Origin: an uncultured Nitrospiraceae bacterium
GTDB lineage: Bacteria > Nitrospirota > Nitrospiria > Nitrospirales > Nitrospiraceae
Direction of reading: 5' to 3'
Assembly: GCA_963730935.1 (NCBI GenBank)
Contig: CAVSTP010000004.1
Coordinates: 1,568,001 to 1,632,000 of the forward strand
Length of the DNA: 64,000 nucleotides
The notes beneath the pieces were generated by a model, which saw only the letters and a program-made list of their open reading frames with translations, was not told the origin of the DNA and did not search any database. Made by a program: the position numbers and the translations under genes. Positions 19,981-29,200 of this stretch are shown here, in pieces (the first letter of the stretch is position 1; the number at the start of each line of letters is the position of its first letter).

Positions 19981-20973
19981 TTACCGCTCGCAGGTCTTCA
20001 TCACCTTGGACGCACTGCCGTTCGTTCCAATTCACTGACTGAAACGAAACCCGGCTTTCGTCATCCACTGCATCGCGTCCGCCGTCTTGTAGCAGGCCCC
20101 TTGCTGGGTATTGACCAGAATGTGCACGGCGAACGCCGTCGTCCAGGCGGGACCGGTGCCCGCCTCATCGAGAAAGCGATCCTTGATCACGAGTCGCCCG
20201 CCTGGCGCCAGATGTTCATAAACCTTTTTGACGAGCGCCTGATTCGTCTCGAAGGTCTGGTAGTGCAGAATGTCGGACATGAGCGCGACATCGTACGGAC
20301 CGCCAAGTTCATCCAGGTTAAAGTCTCCACCCAGCATCGCGATTCGAGATTCGAATCCGGCATCTTTGACTGTTTTCTCCGCCAGAGGAAGCGTCGCGGG
20401 AAGATCGAACACCGTCGCGGTAAGTTCGGGATAGACCTGGCAGAAGGCAATCGCGTTGGTGCCGGCCCCGCCACCCAAATCCAGGAGACGGACGCGTCCC
20501 TCGAGTCGCAATCTCTTGGCCAGTTCCGGTCCGCTCTGCTGGCCGATGCGATGGAGCACGGCCAGCACGTTCGCCCCTAAGGCTGGGTCGGTTTCGAACA
20601 CATGCCGGTCCACTGTCCGTTTCCCCGAACGGATCGTGTCTTCCAACTTCCCCCAATTATTCCATTCTGCGTCATGCAGGAGCAGGAGATGACCGATATA
20701 TTGCGGGGAATGGCGGACGAGATGTGTTTCTGCCGCAGCGCTGTTGCCGTAGAACTCCGCCGTCTTCGTCAGGAGGCGCATGGCGACGAGGGCATTCAAG
20801 AGCAGCACAAGCGTTGGCTCGTGAGCGCCGATTTTGGCTGCCACTTCGGTTGCAGTTTTGGGCTTCCCGTCAAGAGCCGAGAAGACGTCTAGCCGGACTG
20901 CGGTCAGGAGAATCTTGGTCTCCCAGTAATAGCCCAGCTGGAAGATTTCGGCGAGGCATAGTTCCCGTGACAC
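19981..20973 (-). CDS. SAM-dependent O-methyltransferase (dimerisation domain + Methyltransf_2); 3' end frameshifted, corrected end approximate
   Basis: LLDLGGGAG, FDLP, GGDF, SDILH motifs. Confidence 0.85.
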
Positions 20974-20988
20974 ACCAATCCCCTCACA

Positions 20989-21028
20989 GCAGGATGTTGA
21001 AGAACGGCCGCCTTTTTGAACATCCTGC
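20989..21028. repeat. Short imperfect inverted repeat (REP/MITE-like)
   Basis: GCAGGATGTTGAAGAA (20989-21004) pairs 14/16 with TTTTTGAACATCCTGC (21013-21028). Confidence 0.55.
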
Positions 21029-21118
21029 AGCCCAAATAGTTGTTGAAAGACGGCATCTTACCCAGTTCAGAAACTGAAAGGCAAGGCTGGAAGGGATCGA
21101 GAAGATGTCGATAAAACA

Positions 21119-21149
21119 CGAAGGGCAGCGGAAGATCCGCTGCCCTTCG
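21119..21149 (-). terminator. Intrinsic terminator after 21183-21977
   Basis: Perfect 14-bp stem CGAAGGGCAGCGGA / TCCGCTGCCCTTCG, then TGTTTTAT on the minus strand. Confidence 0.8.
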
Positions 21150-21182
21150 ACGGCTGCTGCCGTTGTCGCGACCGAGTCGCGC

Positions 21183-21977
21183 TTACTTGAGCTCAGCCTT
21201 CAGGTTGGCTGTTCCACCGTCTGCCACTTCGACTTCAAACTCGGTCTTCTTGCCCTTTCCAACAAACGGGTGCCAGGCCACGACCTTGTGCTTGCCGGGA
21301 GGCACATCCTTGATCTCGAACGTCCCGTCGTCCTTTACCACCGCGAAGTGGGGGTTCGAAACCGGGAGGAAGAACGACTGCATGAACTCATGCTGGTCGC
21401 ACTGCAGACGATAGAACCCGTCCTTTTCTGCACCACCACGGAAGGTGACGGGCTTGTCCAGCTTGTCGCCCTTCTTCGCGAGACCGATGTTGAAGCCGGT
21501 CGCAGAGGTGGAACCCTTCACGGTGAAGCTGTGAGGATTGTGGAGCACGCCCTGCACCGACTTGGGATCGTCGGGATCCGAGTCATGGTTTTCCACATGG
21601 AAGTTCTTGGTGTTCACCACCACGCCGGAATACGGCAGAAACTCGCAGAATTCGGCGATGACTTCCGTCCCTTTGTAGCCGTCCATGAATGCCTTGTCTT
21701 CGACATCCACGACCGCCACGACAGCGTTCTTCAACCCGCCATCCTTGCCCACTTCAATCGTGGGGAAGAACCGCTTGTCCCCATCCATGAGCTCCTTGTG
21801 GGGATTCTTCGGGCAGAACTTCGGGTTGGGGAACTTCGCGAAGGAAAACTCTTTCTTCTCAGCCTTCCCCGCGTAGGTGACTTTGCCGGCGATTGTCCCG
21901 CCTGCAAAGGAGGTGACAGGTGCCGCGACGAACGCGACGGCTGCCACGCCAAATACGATGGATAACGCACTCTTCAT
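21183..21977 (-). CDS. Periplasmic cupredoxin-like/carboxypeptidase-regulatory-like domain protein
   Basis: Signal peptide; LHNPH...CDQHEFM; C-terminal DGTFEIKDVPPGKHKVVAWHP. Confidence 0.8.
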   Translation of the reverse strand: MKSALSIVFGVAAVAFVAAPVTSFAGGTIAGKVTYAGKAEKKEFSFAKFPNPKFCPKNPHKELMDGDKRFFPTIEVGKDGGLKNAVVAVVDVEDKAFMDGYKGTEVIAEFCEFLPYSGVVVNTKNFHVENHDSDPDDPKSVQGVLHNPHSFTVKGSTSATGFNIGLAKKGDKLDKPVTFRGGAEKDGFYRLQCDQHEFMQSFFLPVSNPHFAVVKDDGTFEIKDVPPGKHKVVAWHPFVGKGKKTEFEVEVADGGTANLKAELK

Positions 21978-22148
21978 GTTACTGCCTCCTTGTGATTAAA
22001 CGAAAAACCCGACATTAATGGATATTAGCTCGCTGTCCCCCGTCTTCATTCCGGTTACGAGAGGAACAAGAAACCGCTCCCTCTCTGGGTACTCGATTGA
22101 CGACTTGGCTGGCGAGGCTGGTTCTAGACGGAGTAGATATACTGAATG

Positions 22149-23522
22149 TTACCGTGGGATGTCAACAGGTTGTAACCTCGCCCCGGCGGCCCCTTTCACC
22201 GGCGGAAGCACATGGAGCAATGCGCCGGCGGCAGTGGCCCGGACGGCTTCGTTTTGATCGTGCAGAGCGGCTTTCAGGTCGGCCACGATCGCCTGATCGC
22301 CGATATGGCCGAGGGAACGAAGGGCGACGGTTTTTGGACCAGGAAGCGGATCTTCGGCGAGCGCCGACAATAGGGAGATGGCCCCCTGGCGATTCGCCTT
22401 GGTGGCCTTCCCCATGGCAAACGCAGCCGACGATCGTGAAGCCGGGTCATTGTGCTGGGCAAGCGCCAATAGCGTTGGCCCGACCGTCTCGAACGGCTGG
22501 CCCAGCTGCAATAGGCCTGCGGCCATTGCAGCTCGCACACTGAATACGGCGTCATTCATTTTGCGCATCAATGCTGGCACCGCATCTTTGTTGCCAAGGT
22601 CGGCAAGCGCAGCCGCGGCGGATTCACGGACGGGGGGTACGGGATCATCGAGCAGCTTCTCGATGTCTTCCCGTGCCTCGTTTCGATGGAGATGGCCAAG
22701 CCCTCTGGCGGCGGCCGCGCGCACCGAAGGCTGATTGTAGGTCAACAGACCCCTCATCAACGGCGTGGCCCGCTGATCGTTGAGGTCCGCCATGGTACGA
22801 AGGGCCTCCGCCCGATCTTCCGGATTGGGCGCCTCGGCCGCCTTGCGCAATTCCTCCCAAGCTTCCGTGCGCCCGAGCCGGATCAATGCCCCGAAGGCGG
22901 CAATGCGGACGGTTGCCAATTCGTCCTTCGCAGCCCGTTCGATTAGCGGAAGCACGGACCGGTCTGTGCTCTTTCCCAGCGCCTTGACCGCCCGTGCTTT
23001 GACAATGCCCGCCTGATCTTCCAGCGCGCCTCGCAACTTTTTCGACTTGCGGCCCTTGTCTGATCGTCCCAACCCTTCGACAGCCAATACCCTCACCGGT
23101 CCGGAACCATCGCTCAACCCGTCTTCGAAATACGGTACTGTTTCATCGGAATCGATTTCCTTCAGCGCCGTATAGGCCGCCCCGCGCATTTGCTCCCGCA
23201 TGTCCTTGACGAGCACCACAATGAACCCAAGCGCCACCTCGCGCAGCAGCGGGACATCGTCTTGACGGAGTCCCGCCTCAAGCTTGTCATATTCCGCAAG
23301 CGCCTCTTGAGGTGTTCCGAGCTTTACCAGCGTCCGTACCTTCAAGCGGCGTACCTCGGGCGATGCCTGCTCGTCCTGACTCAGCTTGGAAAGGCCATCG
23401 ACAACCTGCTGGTATTTCTTCTCGTCGTACAACGCCTTGAGGTCTGGCGGCACAGAAGACGAACCGGCTCCCAGCGCGAAGAACGTCAGAACGACGAGCG
23501 CAGTCCATGTCATGTGACTCAT
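22149..23522 (-). CDS. Exported HEAT-repeat protein
   Basis: Signal-like N-terminus from MSHMTW; repeated VRAAAARGLG / VRESAAAALADLG units. Confidence 0.85.
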   Translation of the reverse strand: MSHMTWTALVVLTFFALGAGSSSVPPDLKALYDEKKYQQVVDGLSKLSQDEQASPEVRRLKVRTLVKLGTPQEALAEYDKLEAGLRQDDVPLLREVALGFIVVLVKDMREQMRGAAYTALKEIDSDETVPYFEDGLSDGSGPVRVLAVEGLGRSDKGRKSKKLRGALEDQAGIVKARAVKALGKSTDRSVLPLIERAAKDELATVRIAAFGALIRLGRTEAWEELRKAAEAPNPEDRAEALRTMADLNDQRATPLMRGLLTYNQPSVRAAAARGLGHLHRNEAREDIEKLLDDPVPPVRESAAAALADLGNKDAVPALMRKMNDAVFSVRAAMAAGLLQLGQPFETVGPTLLALAQHNDPASRSSAAFAMGKATKANRQGAISLLSALAEDPLPGPKTVALRSLGHIGDQAIVADLKAALHDQNEAVRATAAGALLHVLPPVKGAAGARLQPVDIPR

Positions 23523-23526
23523 TCCG

Positions 23527-24177
23527 TTATCCACGTTGCCCTCGAACCGTCGCAAGCTGCCGCTTTTGGTACCCTGGCGGTTCGTTGAAATACTCAGGGG
23601 GCTGCGGAGACCATCTGATCCGTTCATAGACGAATGACCAGTCGCGGTCGCGGCTGACGAGCTTGAGCACCGTGCCTGTTTCCACATCGACCCATTCGAA
23701 CCACTGTTCCATTCGTCCATGCCGGTCTGTTTGGACTTCATATAGCTGTGCGGGCCGTCCTACAACCGTTGCGTCGCCGACCAGTGTCCTGCCACGTTCT
23801 CCTGGAAGGGTCGGCTGCATCGGCAGCACATCGTCTGGATCGAGCGGCGTGACCAGTAACTCCTTCTGTTGCGCCAGCAGGTACCAGGCTTCCTCACGAT
23901 CCAACCGGATGATCTCGATTGCCGCGTAGCCATAGTCCGTGCGGATCGCGTATTTGTATTCGAGCCTGAAACGGTCGCCCTTCGCAAACACCTGCGCCTG
24001 ATACTGTTTTCCGTTCACCTGCTTGATGAGGGTTCCCGAAAACTCGTGCGGGGAGGCCATCTGTTTTTCGGCGACTGCAGGAACAGGGGGTATCCAAAGC
24101 GTAGTGGCAAAGGTCGAGGCAAGTAGGAAAGAGGCCAGGGACTTGGCAGAAGCAATCGGTTCGCGGCTTTTCAACAT
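23527..24177 (-). CDS. Exported beta-sheet protein (DUF4412/LolA-like)
   Basis: Signal peptide; beta-rich; C-terminal PPEYFNEPPGY. Confidence 0.6.
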   Translation of the reverse strand: MLKSREPIASAKSLASFLLASTFATTLWIPPVPAVAEKQMASPHEFSGTLIKQVNGKQYQAQVFAKGDRFRLEYKYAIRTDYGYAAIEIIRLDREEAWYLLAQQKELLVTPLDPDDVLPMQPTLPGERGRTLVGDATVVGRPAQLYEVQTDRHGRMEQWFEWVDVETGTVLKLVSRDRDWSFVYERIRWSPQPPEYFNEPPGYQKRQLATVRGQRG

Positions 24178-24180
24178 CCA

Positions 24181-25107
24181 CTAATGCTGATGTTCGACGA
24201 ACGGATCAATCTCAATAGCTCGACCAAGCGATTCCGGGCCGAAACGGGGATTGTCAACCACCTTATACGCGGACCGGTCGCCTTTCGGCGCCGGCAATGA
24301 GAGTTGCTCGGTCACTTTGCCGTCGGCCTTCACGGTCACCATCTTCGTCATACCTGGACCCGTCTGCGGATGCCAGACGACGAGTTGATAGGTTCCAGGA
24401 GGCACCTGCGCCAGAGAGAATTTTCCGTTCTCGTCCGTTAGGACGTAGTAGGGATTGTTCACCGCCATGGCCCAGCTTTCCATGTACGCATGGAACCCGC
24501 ACTGCATATAAAACGTACGCCGGCCCTTGTTCAGATAGATCGGTCCCACAAGCGACTTGCCCGGCGCATGATTGTGAATTGCATGGAGGTCGCCGCGGTT
24601 GTGCTGATGGTTCATGACCAGCGGCGTATTGAAGAGTACCCGGGCACCGGCTTCCAACGAGGTTTCATAGCCCTGAATATCATGCATGACGGGATCCATA
24701 TTGACCACTTCGACGGCGTGCCCGTTGCGCACAATCGTCATGAACGGCTGAAACATGCAGTCGCGCGCCTCTATTAATGGGACGGACACTTCAAAGGGCT
24801 TGCCTGCCTCGACTCCTTCGAGCAGCACGATCGCATCCTTCAGGCCGCCGTTAGGACCGACCACAAAATCATGAAGGAGCCGCCAACCCCGTCCGTTCGA
24901 GATGCGCCCGCAATACTGGGGGTCCGGAAACGTGATCAGGTTGAAGCCTTTGGGTTCGGGCACGGCCCCTTCGAGTGTGACCGTCCCTTCAACGACGCCG
25001 CCATGCTCCACGTCGATGACGTCATAACCGAAGGCGGCACTGTTGCAGAGGACGACCGCGACGACGAGATTCAATCGTAAGAAGTGCGTGATCAGACCTG
25101 CATTCAC
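24181..25107 (-). CDS. Periplasmic cupredoxin-like/carboxypeptidase-regulatory-like domain protein
   Basis: Signal peptide; MHDIQ...CGFHAYM; His-rich insert; paralog of 25184-26092. Confidence 0.8.
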   Translation of the reverse strand: MNAGLITHFLRLNLVVAVVLCNSAAFGYDVIDVEHGGVVEGTVTLEGAVPEPKGFNLITFPDPQYCGRISNGRGWRLLHDFVVGPNGGLKDAIVLLEGVEAGKPFEVSVPLIEARDCMFQPFMTIVRNGHAVEVVNMDPVMHDIQGYETSLEAGARVLFNTPLVMNHQHNRGDLHAIHNHAPGKSLVGPIYLNKGRRTFYMQCGFHAYMESWAMAVNNPYYVLTDENGKFSLAQVPPGTYQLVVWHPQTGPGMTKMVTVKADGKVTEQLSLPAPKGDRSAYKVVDNPRFGPESLGRAIEIDPFVEHQH

Positions 25108-25183
25108 GATGTGCTCCTTATGATGTGAAGGGAATGGATAAAAACTATGTGTATTTGTGTATTATGGATGAACGGTCGTCACC

Positions 25184-26092
25184 TTAGGGCGTCTGCACCT
25201 CGAGCGTCGGTCGAATATCCAAGGTCTTGCCAAGCGAATCAGGCCCAAAATGCGGGTTCTCTTCGATTTCATGGGCGCTGCGCCGGCCCTTGGGAGATTC
25301 GAATACGAAATCGGCCTGCGCCGATCCTTTGGCCGGAATGGTGATTTTCTTTTCGAGGACCGTTCCCACACCCGGATGCCAGGCCATCAGCGTATAGTCG
25401 CCGGGTGGCACATCGGTCAGCGAGAATCCTCCGCTACTATCGGTCAATTGATAGTAGGGATTGTCCACGGCAAGCCCCCAACTTTCCATATAGGCATGAA
25501 ATCCACACTGCATGACGAAAAATCTCCGCCCTTTGGTCATCTGGATCGATTCTCGGACCGGTTGACCAGCCAGATGCTCATGAGTCTCGGCACTCACAAA
25601 GCGCTTGTGGTGCGGGTTCATGGGAAGCGGGGTGTTGAAGAGGACCCGTGGCCCCAGGTGTGATGTCTCATAGGCTTGGATGTCGTGCATCACAGGATCC
25701 ATGTTCATCACGACCACATCTGCTCGGTCGCGGACGACTGTGACAAAGGGTAAAAACCGGCAATCTCGCGCTTCGATGGTCGGTGGCTCAAACTTAAACG
25801 GCTTGCCCTTGGTCGCATCAGCCAACCAGACGACGGCATTCTTGAGATCTCCGCTCTCCGTTACTTCGAATTCCTTTAAGATTCGCCAGCCGGTCCCGGT
25901 CGAAATCCTTCCGCAGTAGACGGGATCTGGAAATGTTACGAGGTTGAAACCTTTGGGAATCGGCTTGCCCGCGGTGATGGCCACTTTTCCCGTGACGGTT
26001 CCCCCATCGGTGACCTGAATTTCCTCGTATGCCCAGGCGGTTGCGCCAGTCATCACCAGCCAACCGCACAATAGCAGCAGCCTCTTCATCAT
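25184..26092 (-). CDS. Periplasmic cupredoxin-like/carboxypeptidase-regulatory-like domain protein
   Basis: Signal peptide; MHDIQ...CGFHAYM; DVPPGDYTLMAWHP. Confidence 0.8.
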   Translation of the reverse strand: MMKRLLLLCGWLVMTGATAWAYEEIQVTDGGTVTGKVAITAGKPIPKGFNLVTFPDPVYCGRISTGTGWRILKEFEVTESGDLKNAVVWLADATKGKPFKFEPPTIEARDCRFLPFVTVVRDRADVVVMNMDPVMHDIQAYETSHLGPRVLFNTPLPMNPHHKRFVSAETHEHLAGQPVRESIQMTKGRRFFVMQCGFHAYMESWGLAVDNPYYQLTDSSGGFSLTDVPPGDYTLMAWHPGVGTVLEKKITIPAKGSAQADFVFESPKGRRSAHEIEENPHFGPDSLGKTLDIRPTLEVQTP

Positions 26093-26156
26093 GCCTCCAA
26101 GATCGATCCGATACAGTGCAGTCTGGTCATCGTACCAAATGCACTACACAAAGCAA

Positions 26157-26184
26157 AAGGGGGAAGCCTTGCGGCCTCCCCCTT
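26157..26184 (-). terminator. Intrinsic terminator after the multicopper oxidase
   Basis: Minus strand AAGGGGGAGGCC-GCAA-GGCTTCCCCCTT followed by TTGCTTT. Confidence 0.75.
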
Positions 26185-26223
26185 CATTGCTGCATTGCCC
26201 TCCGTCTCGGAAGGCGCCGATGC

Positions 26224-29200
26224 TTACTTCGCTGCGACCGGAATCACCTGCGTCGCATTGTCGAACGAGGCGCTCTTCATGCCTGCGCTCGCGCCCGCGA
26301 GAGGCAGCAACCGCTGGTCGCCAGCCGGCAACACGCGGAGGTAGCCCCATTGCCCGGACTGCGAGTACGGCAACCGCTGGTTGCTGTACACATAGTCGCC
26401 GGGCAGGCGGTAGGGTCCGCCGGCCGACGGGACGAACGCGTCCAACACTTCGGAGCCGGAGAACTCGACCACGCTGATCTGGTCGGCGCCCCGCATGAAC
26501 GGCTCGATTGGCCACTCATGTTTCTCGACGCTGAACATGCCGTTCTGCTCGTTATTCGCCCCGATCACGTGAATGCGCACGGGATCGCCCGCATGCGATT
26601 CGATGATGGGCGTCGCAGGATCTTCTGGCTTGTCCGCTTTGCACGGCTGGAACACCTTGCCGAGCGAGCAGCCCTGCTCTTCACGATACTTGTACGGCTC
26701 CGACCGGTAGTTGACGCCGGTCAAACCCGCCACGTTCTGCACATAGGGCATGAAGCTCGTGCCGATGATGTTGTCCTCGTCCTGGAAGAACAAGGCCACA
26801 TCACGATAATTCGGCCTCGACTCATTGCCCGGGATCGCGCGGTCGATGATGACATCGGCCGCCCAGGCATTCTTGTTCGAGAGATCGGCACCGGTCTTCG
26901 GGTCACGATACTTCGAACCCTTCGGACCGACCACAACGGCGCCGAACAGGCCATTGCGTGGATTCGTCATCACGTTCCCCCAGTCCCAGACCAGCGAGGT
27001 CGTCTCGCCGTTGAACGGATCCGCATAGTAGGTGTAAGTCCGTTCTCCGCCGGAAGCGATCGTCTGATCGCCTGGATTGTTGCCGACGTTGGCGCCCATC
27101 GAATCCTTCGGATCGAACACCAATCCGATGGCCGAGAAGGAGGCCTTGCTCTCCTTCATCTTGTTCTTCAACTGTACTTTCACGCAATCGCCGACGTTCA
27201 CGCGGAGCGTGAGCGGCATCGGATGTGATCCGCTCGAAACCTTCGCCGCGTCTTCTTCCAATGCGTATATCTTGGCATCGGGATTGGTGATCTGAATCTT
27301 ACGCTCGAAGTCCACTTCAATGGCCTCAGGCGCCTTCGCGTTGAAGGTCATGGCGGGATAATCCATCGCCACGACGTTGAAGGTCTTCACCGGGGCGTCC
27401 GCCGGACAGACGGGCAACGCCTTGGGAATTTCACCCTTGACCGAAAACCCGGCCGGCAGCTTCTTCAGATCCGACTGTTCCTTGTCATACACCCGGATAA
27501 TGCCCCAAGCGCCCTCTGAGAATTTCGAGGAACGTCCGTTAAAGTGGATGTAGTCGCCGGCTTGATGCCTCGGACCGCCCGCTTCGGGCACCACCAGGTC
27601 ATACCGCTCGGCAATACCGATATGAATGGAGTTCTTGCGGTTCGCATCGGACGCATAGCGCTCCGTCCAGAACGTATGGCCGGACAAGGTCCAGGTCATC
27701 GTCTCGTTCATGAGCGTATGCAACAGCCGGAACACCATCGTGTCCCCCGTGTACGCACGCAGCAGCGGCGTATAGGGATCTCCGTGGATCTGGCTGTTGA
27801 ACGCCTGCGAGACATCCGGGTTCGTCGCCAACCGCTGTGCGATGGGGCCGGCCCGGAAGTTCAGGCCGCTGCCCGTCGTGTGCGTCCCGCCGTTCAGGAA
27901 CGGCATCGGCGTCATGTACAGTTTTTCAGGCATCATGAACGAGACGGTCTTACCCGCCTCGAGCGCCACTTCAACCGGCTGTCCTGGCGGATTGCCCGCC
28001 GTCACGATGTTGACGGTGTGCGGCACGGTGTCGTGCACCTGCACCATCAATTCGCGGAAGCTGTTGTTCACGCCGTGTCCCACCGGCTCGTTGGTATGGA
28101 TGTCCGCGATCGGACCGCTCCGGACGAGCTTGCCGGTTTTCGGATCATGATAGGTCGACCCGACCGGCTCGGCGATGAACGTCCCGAATCCGCCGTGCGG
28201 CCACGTCGTGGCGCCGAACGCATGGTCATGCCAGAAGACCGTGCCGACATCCGCATCGACCCAGAACCGCTGCCGGACGAATTCCACCGTCACGATGTCG
28301 TTCGCCGGATGATCGCTCTTCAATCCCTTCGTCAACGTGATCGTATTGCCGTTGATCGCCTTGATGCGGGAGATCTCGTTGCCCTTCACATTGTCGGCCC
28401 CGACGAGGATCAATGTACCGACATGGTACTGCTTCGCATTCTTTACCGAGAGACTGTTCGAGCCCTTCTTCGCGGCCGCCGTCAACACCGTGTTCATCGG
28501 CATCGGCAGGCCCTTCTTGTTCTTCTTCTCCAGCATCGTGAACGGCCGCACCGACTGTTCGTATGAAAAGCCGGTGATCACGCCGTCCGATGACTGGTTG
28601 TCGAACTGCAGGAAATGCCAGTGGGTGTTGATCTTCGATGACTGGAAGTTCGTGTAGTCATCGTCATCCCATTCGCTGGTCAGCATCCAATCTACGCAAT
28701 CATAGATATTGCCTCGGACGACCAACGGATACTTGAGATCGTCGTTGGCCCGGATGGCCGCTTCTTCTTCATGCAGCACGTAAATCAAGCCGTTTGGATC
28801 GACCACGGGCGGCTCCTTGCCCTGCGCCTTGGCGATCTTGATCGGCAGCTTGATGAAGTGCACGTTGTAGTTCTTGCGCCCGGCGTTGACGGGACAGAGA
28901 CTCCAGTTGCCCTGCTCACCCGGCAGCGCCTGATCGACGCTCTCCTCGCCATTCGCATCACGCCGGATCATCTCCAACCAGGGGGCACCGACGTGGTTCG
29001 GAGAGAACATGACCCGCTTGCCGAAATGCGGCGTCAGATGCGGCCACCCTACTTTCCCGGTTAGCGGATCGAACATGATCGGATGCCGCTTGCCCGGATG
29101 GCTGGACTTATACTTGGGATTGTCGATCGTGCTTTCTTTCTCGCTCATCGCCACATTGCCGTTCCAAGTCCAGTCCAGCACGGTGGCGTCGTAGGATATG

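Noticed and set aside
13300..20100. Programmed ribosomal frameshifting or phase variation as the cause of the split genes
   Set aside because: The indels are numerous, occur in varied short contexts, and lack slippery heptamers or long repeats.
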